Shown here in pieces: positions 40,701 to 50,922 of a stretch of DNA of 64,000 nt; the stretch's first letter is position 1; each line of letters starts with the position of its first letter. The translations under genes and the position numbers were made by a program. Below the pieces are notes generated by a model. The model saw only the letters and a program-made list of their open reading frames with translations, was not told the DNA's origin and did not search any database. This DNA comes from Haplodiscus bocki (lineage: Eukaryota): contig OZ296650.1 in assembly GCA_965655095.1 (NCBI GenBank), forward strand, positions 116,932,001 to 116,996,000, read 5' to 3'.

Positions 40701-42653
40701 GATTCCACATCCTCATTGACATTTTTCACAGAAGAACAAACCTGCGAGAAAATATTTGGCTCAGTGTTTTATCAACCTGCCTCTGACAAACATGTTGATT
40801 CCAACAACTAACCCTTCTACATGTATTCCTAAGGGATATCTCTGATGAATAATGAACAAATACTTTGAAAATTTTACAAAATTTAAACAATATTCATCAA
40901 TAAACGTTCATCTGTCTTTTGGAAAAAATTTTATTTCTTTCTGAAACAAAATCACCCCCTCACTGGCTTTTTTTGGCTCCGTGGCTTTTTAATCCCACTG
41001 GATTTCTGTCACTGGATTTCTGGCTAATTTGATTTCTGGCTCACTGGAATTTATCGTTCGATCAATGGATTTTTGGATTTTCGCTTTCTGACTTTCAATC
41101 TCTGTTTCTGCAATTCTGTATTGTTCAGCATTATTCTGGATTCGATCTCACACTCTCCTGTTTTGTTTTTCTGGCTCTGTCAACCCCCGAACAAAACAAT
41201 ATCATTTTTCTTTGGAATTAATTTCACTCTACTTGTTGATGTTTTTCTGAAAGCTGCAATGAATGATTTTGTACCCAACTTTTCTTGTCATTGCTAAGTT
41301 AAAGAAACCCAATTGCAATCTCACCTCAATTTGGGTAAACTCTCACCGCTCACACTCCTTCGCACCCTCTGGGTCATTCAAATTACTGCTGCGTTGCAAG
41401 CACAAACTCCATGCGCAAATTAGTGTGAAATTGTTCCAAACAATATGATTTTGGACTCTGTTTACCAAACTTATAAACTCGTAAAAAGTCTTTTTGTTAA
41501 AAAAACAAAACTCATAAATTCTTCGTGTAAATTTGATACAAGTTTTTTGTATTCGTTTCATAAACCCAACCCTTACAAATTTATAAAGTGCTACCCTTGT
41601 AATCTCAAGTACTTCGCAAATCCCCCCATATTTATTTTCCTCAAATTATCATAAATTTTAGTCTTATTCATGATATGACATAAAAAATAATGCAATAATG
41701 TTTTGTCTGTCCAAATCAAACAAAAATCACACTGGAAACTTCTCTAAAGTACCATCTGAAATTCGACAGAATGAAAAATTTTGATCTAACATTCTGAAGG
41801 TGATTCGATTTCGAAGAAAAATTTCTGTAACCCAGTTTCAGAGATAAAACTGAGAAACTGAAATTCCAGCAAGTTTCAACACTTTCTAGTCACAACTAGT
41901 CACATTTTTTTCACTCTTCTTTCATACCTGCATGACTTTTCTTCCAACTTTTTCCGGCAACGAAAGCACAGTGAACATAGAAATAAGTTTCGTGACTATG
42001 GACTTCGAAGAAATCAAAGAAATTTTACTTTGAATGAACTAAAAGTCTAAAGAACAGCTCATTCTGTGGAGAACTCGAGAACTTGGACTAATTTGCTGAT
42101 TTTGCCCCCTTCTCAACTCATAAGTGTGAACTGACTATCAAGATAACTTGTTGATAAACCCAACTGATCTTTGGTGACCACCTCAGTATGTTACACTCCG
42201 TTATTAATGTTAACTGACTTGTAACTAATTCATAGTACGTCATCAAAGTGAACTGTCATGTTTTTCATTCAAGTCAACTTATTCAAGTGAACAACAGAAC
42301 AAAGTGAGAGTCTCCTGTGTCGAAGCTCATCAAATTAAAGTTAAACTCTGAAACTTTCGAAAGAATTTGAAATGCCCAATAAACTGAATTCAATCAACTG
42401 AGATAGCTAATTTATGATTATTCGCGCCTAATTAAGAGTCGAACCCTCAACATTTACTTCGAAAAAGTTGTCTAACATACTGAGAACTCCTGTAAAATGG
42501 AAAAATTATAAAAAATGAACCTTTCTAGAACTGCCTGACTTTATTGACTTTAATAAAAGGCTGATGATACGCAAAAGTGAAAACCCCCTGAAACGTGCTA
42601 AACTTTTATGAGCAAGCTCTGAACTTAAAATTTTCAACTAAAACCCTGTCGGT

Positions 42654-42937
42654 TGTAATGCTTATACATTTAGAGAAGATATTCCTGAAGTATCATCGGA
42701 CAAAAAGTAACTTGTTATATATTCCTTACTTTTGACTTTTGTAGATGTTTATGATATAGATATCAACTTAGAGTTGAAGTAACATTGAAGTAAAGACTAG
42801 TCGTTTTTCTCTCGGGAAGTATTGAGAAATTTTAGGATATATTAGCTTACCCAAGTAACATCAAGTCAAAGCAAGGCCTACTTGTAGTCTTAACTTCAGT
42901 AACAAAACGCAACAGATGCTCTTAAAAAGTTGATGCA
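42654..42937 (+). repeat. 3' LTR (284 bp)
   Basis: TGTAATG...GATGCA; collinear with the 5' LTR, with roughly one site in five different by eye. Confidence 0.9.
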
Positions 42938-44323
42938 GCTTGAACAATCAAGTTATTAATCTAATAAAGCATGCGGCTTACACAGGTTTAATCTGAAAGT
43001 TAGTCACAAATTGAGTCGACTTAGCGCGTTTGTGTTTCCGTCTTAGCACGTTAAACAAGATATTTGAAACACGATCTTTGCAACATAAAATGCGGCGAGT
43101 ACTTTCACACACTTTGAGGTCCAATACTTGCCAGCCGACGCCATAATCAAGTATATATTACATTTTTCATCAGATAGGAAAATTGAAATCATCACAATTT
43201 TGAATGACATTAATTGAAACTAATTATCAAAAGGTAACTTTGATACCTTTCAATTTGAGCCATAACAGACGCGTTTTCTGAGAATTAGGGGCTCAGAAAG
43301 ACGCATGAGGTTCAAAAATTCCACTATTCAATCAAAGATAAAACAAGCCCAATACCCAACATATGAGGTGATTCTCGGACATCCATTCCAGAGGATGGAG
43401 GATACCAACCAAACTATAAATCTTGTCACATGCACAGATGAGGACGCTAAGGAATTTTTTGCTTGCCGCCACATTTTGCAAAAAATTCATTTTGAATGAA
43501 TTTCAAATAAATAACGAAGTGATTTCAGAATGCTTGATTCAAATATTTGGCGAAACGTTGAATGATTTTCAAATATAATCCATTAAATTGAAATTTGTCT
43601 TGAAAAAATGTGCGGAAAAGAAAATAGAGTTGCCTTTTAATAACCTGAAATATTGAGAGCATGGCACTCAAATGAATGATGACAGCAAGACTTTAATTAA
43701 TTTTAGCAAAAAAAAATATGTATCGGAAATATATATGCATGTGAACTTGGACCAATTTTTGCTTCTGTAACTACAGTGACAGGCAGACACCGCGAAAATC
43801 TGCTGCGAGCAGAAAACAGCAGACTTTACCATTCACAGCAGATTGAGCAGAATGGAAAAATCTCTCTTGCTTATGTTCTGATTTTCACAATAACCAAAAA
43901 AGTCTCGTCTGCCCATACACTGAAAGAAAATGTGACTGAAAATTTTGACGTACACAAAAATACTACAAGAAAAATGAGCTCAAAAATATTCAAAACGGTT
44001 CATGAATTGATAATTTTTGGTTGGTGAGCATTTCTTGCGTTGCAATCAATAAACTCAACAATTTTGGAGGAAATTTCCAATAAGCAGATTTAATTTTGGG
44101 CAGCAGCAGAATTTCGGTTTGAGAGCAGCATATTTTCGAGATGTATGGTGACAGGCTATTTTCAAAAAATAGCGTCAAGTTCAACGTCCATTGAGCTACT
44201 CTTGAGTGACCCGGTCGCAATCTACTGACTAATTAGAGCCTTTTGTTGTATGATGAGAATTCTTTGTATAAAATGGTACGTGCAAGGCAAAAAAGCAAAA
44301 TTGTAGCGCGTAAGTTTCCTCAC

Positions 44324-44891
44324 CTTGATTATCTTGCGCAGATTTATCATCAGGGGGTCGGTTGGCAAATTCCATTTTTCTGTCACAGGCTGGCTCTTTG
44401 CTTTTTCCATGCTGTTTGCGATCACTTGCAGCACTGACGTCCGTGTCTAGGTCGATGCTGGGCTTTGCTGCCAGAATTGGCTCCACCCCTTTGGCCGATT
44501 TCTCCGGCACAAAATCCTTCACCTTGTCATAATCTACTTTAGATAAATCGCCGGTGTTATGTGAACCAAAAGAGGAAGAATTTACATCGGTCAAGTTTTG
44601 GGAGTTCTGGACGGGGGCATCTATATGACCGTTAACAACAGGTGTCGTCGTCGATTCAGCGGTTTTATTCTCGTCTAGTTTGGTGTTTATGAAGTCCTGT
44701 TTTCTCTTCGATTTCCAGGAATTTCCTGATTCTGTCAGTCGCATGTCCTGGTTTTGCATATTCGTCGTGAACTGCATTCTAGTTTGCGTGTTGTGGGATC
44801 CGCGATCACTTCTGAAGCTGTTGCTTCCTCCGCCTTGCAAATTGTTGCCGGAGCCCATTCCACTTTTTCCTCTCGAATTTGTTGCGCCGCC
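44324..44891 (-). CDS. EIF4G: Chimeric eIF4G exon: pre-MIF4G region fused in frame to an acidic/low-complexity segment
   Basis: ctttttag|GGC ... G|gtgagg, open. DMRLTESGNSWKSKRK resembles DIKLNKAEKAWKPSSKR, but the ILNKLT start of MIF4G that should follow is absent. Confidence 0.7.
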
Positions 44892-46301
44892 CTAAAAAGT
44901 TGAGAATCCAAAATTGTGCAAAAGAAGATAGGTTAAAAAGGCGTAATTCGAAAATAATGCCAAAACATAGCAGAATTGCATTGAAACTTTTTCTTGAGCC
45001 ACCTTTTTTCCAGAAAGACTACTAGACACATTCTATGGCAAGTTTGGCGCATAAATTTCGCTGTGCAAATTTGCTAATGGTTCAATCGGCAAATTTCATA
45101 TTAAAAAATCTTGAATGTTGAATGATTTTGCTGCCATACAAAATATGGGCAGAAAATACCAGCTTTGCAAACCATCTCAAATATTTGTCAGTTACACTTT
45201 TCCAGAGGTCTTGTGCTTTTAGAATGTTAAAACCGCCCAGCTAACGAAAACAGTACGTTTGTACATGATGCATCAGAAACCTTCATAAGGTTTTGAATTT
45301 TAATGTAGCCAATTTGTATCTCTGTATTCAACATTATCGAACTGACCTAATTTATAACTTTTCATTGCTTCTTATAGATGTGAATCAGTGCTAAATAATG
45401 TGAATCAGTACTAAATCTAAAAGCGATTCCAAAAAGTAACTTATGAACGTTTTTACCGTACCTAGGCATCATTAAAAATGAAATACGTTTTCTCAGTAGT
45501 ACAAGATGCACAAAATCAAGACAAATCTGGCTATGAATTTCCACCGATTCAGGCAATTATTCATGAAAGGAATGCCAACTTAGTGGTTCAAACTAGCGAT
45601 GTCAGATCTCTGATATCAATACCTCAAAACGTGAAAAACAGATACTGAAATCACTGAATGTTTGCGTTTTGAACAATCGGATGAACTATAGTGAGGAGCT
45701 GCTTGTATACCTAGCGTCTTTATGTTCATAAATTATGCTTTTAGAGTGTTGTACGGTTAATTTCGACATAGATGCACTTTGAAGAAAATTCCACCCATGT
45801 GGTGCGGACTAAAACAGATTATTTTGTTTATTTTTCAAAAATCAGGAAGTGTAAAATTTCATGTTTGAAGGCATTTTTTTATCGAATCATCTTCATAAAA
45901 CTACTTTCCATTTTTAAAGTAAGTAAAACCGAGATCAAAAGCTATTTTTTTTAAGAACTTTGGACAAAAACTGATTAAAGAATGCTAATCTGTTGAGATC
46001 ATTGCTGCCATTTTTGGCAAATATTATGCTCCTTGGCAAAATGATATAAATTCAAAAAAGGTTCCTTTAAATTTCCCCATCTTCCGTAATTTGAGAAAGG
46101 ATGCCAGGTAGGCATTAAGCGCTAAGAGTTGGACGCTTAAGACAATTGGAATTGTGCAATTTTGGCCAAATTTGACTCATAATTGGGAAAAAGCGGAATA
46201 TGAAATTCATCGCTTCACTTTACCGCTCAGCCAGTCCGACTTGCCAAGAAAAAAAGTAAATTCTATAGGCCTTAAATCAAGCTTCATGCCTAAAAACATA
46301 C

Positions 46302-46949
46302 ATCATTGACCATAGGGCGTTGTCTGCGCAACCAGTCTGGAGCAAAGTCATTTCCAAAACCGCCCAAGGAAGAGTTTCCATATTTGTGCGAAGACTGTGA
46401 GAAATCACGGAAGTCATTGACTGGCACGTTATCAGCTAATGGCTGCAAGAACTGAGGACTGTGTGTCACGATATCTTTGAATTGCGATTCTTGTGTGAAA
46501 GGCGCTTTCTTGAGAGAACCTGCTGCCTTCTGTTTACTCAACAAAAAATCTCTATCGTAAACTTTTCGGCCGTTGCTTGATGATTTCCCAATACTTGCCG
46601 CCGTTGGTGTACTGTCGTTATCAACCACAAATTTGGTTGCCGTGTTTCCATTCTCAGGAGTATCGTCAGGAGGTAAATTGTCAAAAATAATATTGCCCTT
46701 TGATGAAAATTTCTCACATTCATTGACACGCAGCTCTAGGTCCACCACACGATTTGTAAGTAAGCGAATTTGATTGTCTTTTTCAGATAATTTATCAAGC
46801 AAATCAATCAAAATTCCCTTTAGATGAGGATTATCTAACGAATTCAATGCTTTTTGAGCGATAGTTGAGCAATGTCCATTCAAACTTGGTTGTACAGTGG
46901 GACAAACGACATTATGCGTGAATGTAGGTGCTTGTCCGGGCATGAAGGA
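46302..46949 (-). CDS. EIF4G: Chimeric eIF4G exon copy 2 with eIF4E-binding motif YDRDFLL and LINE-ORF1-like insert
   Basis: Open 648-nt phase-0 exon; splices in frame to the 47121-47162 and 44324-44891 exons. Confidence 0.8.
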
Positions 46950-47120
46950 CTAAAAAAATCACAATTCATTTCAAACAAAATTCCGTGTTTCTGAAACTAA
47001 GTGTGTACATTTCATTCAAATGTTATTTTCAAAAAAACTTGGTAGCAAACAATCTAAAACGAATAGGGAAGCAAATAGATTCCAAAACTTTCACCCAATA
47101 AAAAAAGCCTAAGCACTCAC

Positions 47121-47162
47121 CATGTCGCGTGTTTGCGGATACATAGGCGCAAAAGTTGGATT
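47121..47162 (-). CDS. EIF4G: eIF4G N-terminal micro-exon, copy 2
   Basis: 42 nt, canonical AG/GT, phase 0. Confidence 0.7.
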
Positions 47163-47226
47163 CTGAAACACGAACAATGTTACCAATAGTTCAAACAGCG
47201 TACACGATAGAATTGGGAAAACTTAC

Positions 47227-47376
47227 ACCGGCAGGAAACAAATGTCCATTATTTGCTTGGGCACTATTGTTTACGTATGACATCGGGTTCGTGTTTGTAT
47301 AGGGAGTATTAAAGAAGTGTGATCCAATTGGTGATGAGTTTATAGAGTGAACGTGATTGAACGTGGAATTTATTTT
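47227..47376 (-). CDS. EIF4G: eIF4G N-terminal exon (NSSPIGSHFFNTPY...GHLFPAG), copy 2
   Basis: Open frame with a |gtaagt donor; the 5' boundary is uncertain. Confidence 0.6.
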
Positions 47377-47482
47377 CTAGATCCAAGGCTCATATTCTAA
47401 ACAAAAACGTCTTTAGCACTGAATTGAGCTGCTTCTTTAATAATTTATTGCGGAACTTATCTTCAGTTGATATTGGGCCGCC

Positions 47483-47612
47483 TTAGGTCCACCACACGAT
47501 TTGTAAGTGAACAAATTTGATTGTCGTTTTCAGATAATTTATCAAGCAAATGCGAAGCAAGTAAAATTCCCTTTAGATTAGGATTATCTTACGATCTTCT
47601 GATGCTTTTTGA
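47483..47612 (-). mobile_element. Free, decayed copy of the LINE-ORF1-like segment found inside the chimeric exon
   Basis: taggtccaccacacgatttgtaagt...cagataatttatcaagcaaat...aaaattccctttagat matches 46737-46857, with indels. Confidence 0.85.
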
Positions 47613-48015
47613 AAATCAAATTTGGCCAATTTGGTAAACGGTTACTCTAAACGATCAGCAGTTACGTAATTGTGAAGCAAATGGTGGATTCGCAAATGAC
47701 ATAAGACCGGCAAACAGAATGTTCTGATTGGCTATTTACATATATACTATCCAATAACTTTTTCACAGTATAGTCAGCGGATGTTTTTACGAACAACAAA
47801 TTGTTACTAACGGGGGCAGGTAAAAATCTCTGAGTGTAGCAAGTTCACAAATAACTGCCACCAAGTGGTCGGAACCGTAGATGTCGGGGTGCCGAAGGCG
47901 TTGGTTTCAATGCTGTTGGTATTGCAAATCCCTTTTCGGCTATTTTTATCATAATCGCACTCAATATGTATAATTGTTATTGAAAAATTTATGTTTAGTG
48001 AGACTACTTTCAAAC

Positions 48016-48826
48016 TTATATTTGGCGCAGTCTTATCTCATTTGGTACGTAATCAAGCAAACAATGCATTTGATTTTCAGCCACGCATATTGTGTATGTC
48101 GTGAGATAAGATTTAGAAGCATGTGCTAGCTAATATGGTGAAATTTAATATTTCTGAGACATATGTTGCTTATTTTCTCAATGACGTACTGAGCCAACGT
48201 ATTTTATCGAACCAACTGAAAAACTATCTAAAGGAGACGACGCGTTAAGCAACAACCGATTAAACAGACACGCTGAAAAGATTTAACTTTGGACAGAAAT
48301 AAATCCAACTGTCCGAATGAGTTGAGAGCTAATCAAATTCGAATATTCATTCGTTCACATTTTTTTCAGTATAATGCCCCAATTTATACGTTTACCTGCG
48401 CAACGAATGCTGTCCTAAGCAAAGTACAGTACTTTTTTAAAGAGGTTCGTACTTGCATCTGTGCAAAAAGTTTCGGACAAAAAGAGTTTCAGCCGAAAAA
48501 GAATGCAAATTTCATACACATTGCAGAAGTTTCTGAGAACTTCATCCAGTTTACAATGATGATGAAAATTCTAGATTTATTATGCAGTAGTTTGAAGACT
48601 TTGTTTACGCATGTATTAAAATAGCAGATTGGTTTTGCATCACAAACACAACTTTTCATGTTTTCAATTCCAAACTTCGATACATTTTGTTTACTCACAA
48701 GATGCCCTTCATCTACTGATTGAAGTCAAAAGTTGGCAGATCTTCCAGTGCAATTTCTTGAGAAACAATAACCCCCACATGTATTCAGATTAAGCAAAAA
48801 TTCTTCAAGGAATGCTGGTTCTTGGG
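48016..48826. repeat. ~0.8-kb dispersed repeat, copy 2
   Basis: Homologous to 8797-9585 and 50025-50750. Confidence 0.85.
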
Positions 48827-48960
48827 CAGTGTAAACATTAAGGAGCTGGCACTAATGATTGAATAGGAATAGTATAGCGCGTGTTTTTATTGCAACTTGT
48901 TCAAGAAAAGAAGTGTAACATCATCTCTGAGAAATAAATAATAAACAATTAATGACTAAC

Positions 48961-49292
48961 AGCTCTGAGATCAATGATATCTTGAAGCATGAATCGGATT
49001 CTGCATGAAGTCTGTTTGCTTAAGACCATATTCTGGATGCGTTTGAAGTATTGACCCATCAAGTTTCGACAAGTCTCATGGTCCATTTTTTGCCCAACTG
49101 TAGTCAACAGATTGCACATGCATTCCAAAGAATCTTCGTCTTTCGAGTTTTTCAAAAGCAACTCGATGGACGAATGCATGATTTGTTCAGTCAAAAAGTC
49201 CACTTTGAACAACTCGCCAATGAATCTTTTATTTTCAAGAGGTTGTTTCCATCTCAAGACTATCTAATTCTTCTTCTTTTTCCCCTCCTTTC
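48961..49292 (-). pseudogene. EIF4G: eIF4G MIF4G domain C-terminal exon (frameshifted near 49240)
   Basis: RFIGELFK..EDSLECMCNLLTTVGQKMD..RIRFMLQDIIDLR closely matches MIF4G. Donor |gttagt at 48960. The upstream EKEEELDSLEME is in another frame. Confidence 0.92.
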
Positions 49293-49481
49293 CTTGAAAT
49301 ATATTAACCTTTAACTATCTTGGAAAAACTCCTACTGTGCAGTTTAGACAACTTAATTTCGTTCATGAAACGAAACAAAAACATTGCTTTCAAGCGAAAT
49401 CGGGCACGTTTGTGAACCATCGGAGCATTTAAGTGAGTATTTAAATGAACTAAACTTAAGAGTCAGGAATAGTTCACTTAC

Positions 49482-49667
49482 GGTGCTTTTATTGATGACA
49501 GCTTTTTTCTCTTCGTTTTCTTTTTCATCGTCCTTCTCTCGCTGAAACTCCTGCTGACATCTGTTGAGCAACTGGCGTCGAAAAAGAGCAATTACTGGAT
49601 CTGTAGGAGGGTTTTTGTACGAGCGCTTGTCCACTTTGGAACGCTTAGCTTGTTGTTCTTGAAGCCG
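49482..49667 (-). CDS. EIF4G: eIF4G MIF4G middle exon
   Basis: FRRQLLNRCQQEFQREKDD resembles FRKLLLNRCQKEFEKDKDD. 186 nt, ttatag| ... |gtaagt. Confidence 0.9.
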
Positions 49668-50024
49668 CTATAACAAATATCAAAATATTAGCTCGTAATT
49701 TCGAAATTCAGCGCATTGCCGTTTCCCAATTCCTCAAAAATAGACCCTTAGCATCAACAATTTTGGTTTAATATAGTACTTTGAATACGAAAGCTTACAA
49801 TAAATCGAAACACTTCTGTGAATTTAGATACTTTCAAAACAGTAAACTTGGTTTTTAGTTAATTTGCCCGAGCAAGAAGGTTGATGGCGCTTGTAAAACC
49901 ATTTCTTGCTGCAGTCAAGCTATTCGAAGCAGTTAGCACGAGTTTGGCTCCTTTTCAAATCTGACATAAGGGAAGTTCAACCTGTGAAAGCTGTAGTTTC
50001 GAACTACATGCGACATAAGCCGAG

Positions 50025-50750
50025 TTATATTTGGCGCAGTCTTATCTCATTTGGTACGTAATCAAGCAAACAATGCAATTGATTTTCAGCTACGCATATT
50101 GTCTAGGTCGTGAGATAAGATTTAGAAGCACGTGCTAGCTAAAATAGTGAAATTTAATATTTCTGAGACATACGTTGCTTGTTTTCTCAATGACGTACTA
50201 TTTTTCGAACCAACTGAAAAACTACCTAAAGGAGACGACGCGTTAAACAACAACCGATTAAACAGACACGCTGAAAAGATTTAACTTTGGACAGAAAAAA
50301 AATCCAACTGTCCGAATGAGTTGAGAGCTAATCAAATTCGAACATTCATTCGTTCCCATTTTTTTTTCAGCATAATGCCCCAATTTATACGTTTCCCTGC
50401 GCAACGAATACTGTCCTAAGCGAAGTACAGTACTTTTTAGGAGGTTCGTAATTGTATCTGTGCAAAAAGTTTCGGACAAAAAGAGTTTCAGCCGAAAAAG
50501 AATAAAAATCTCAAACATTGCAAAAGTTTCTTAGAATTTCAACTAGTTTACAGTGATGATGAAACTTCTAGGTATTTTATACAGTAGCTTGAAGACTTTG
50601 TGTCTGCATGTATTAAAACAGGATATTGCATCACAACCAAAACGCCTTATGTTTTCAATTCCAAACTTCTATACATTTTAATTATTCACAAGATGCCCCT
50701 CAGCTACCGATTGCAGTCAAAAGTTGGCAGCTCCTTGAGTGCAACTCTTT
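50025..50750. repeat. ~0.8-kb dispersed repeat, copy 3
   Basis: Homologous to copies 1 and 2. Confidence 0.85.
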
Positions 50751-50754
50751 GAAG

Positions 50755-50922
50755 GTCAACTATGTAGTGTCTCTTCCTTTCTTGCTCCTTTTTCTTAAAA
50801 TAAAAAAAAACCTTCGTCTATTTTGGGAGAACCCCTACTGTGCAGTCAAGCAAAATGGGTCACGTTTGTGAACTATCGGTTCATTCAAGTGAGTAATTAA
50901 ATGAACTAAACGTAAAAGTCAA
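50755..50922 (-). pseudogene. EIF4G: Second remnant of the MIF4G intron and following exon start
   Basis: cctactgtgcagt...cacgtttgtgaac.atcgg...aagtgagta.ttaaatgaactaaac is shared with 49265-49465. Confidence 0.7.

Larger units (their letters stand above)
14139..42937 (+). mobile_element. Complete giant env-bearing Ty3/Gypsy LTR retrotransposon (28.8 kb, decayed), inserted antisense in an eIF4G intron
   Basis: Paired LTRs, a PBS-like site, a 4-bp TSD with one mismatch (gttt/gctt), and the order gag-PR-RT-RNaseH-IN-env. All ORFs are broken by stops and frameshifts. Confidence 0.92.
45563..48826. repeat. Segmental duplication copy 2 (partner about 6113-9585)
   Basis: Direct repeat of copy 1, about 39.45 kb away. 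Confidence 0.95.

Noticed and set aside
49930-49965. FEKEPN resembling MIF4G FEKAISEPNF
   Set aside because: Too short and followed immediately by stops.
50258-50518. HYAEKKMG..NLISS resembling Polinton DNA polymerase B
   Set aside because: Weak similarity, and the frame is not kept in the other two repeat copies.
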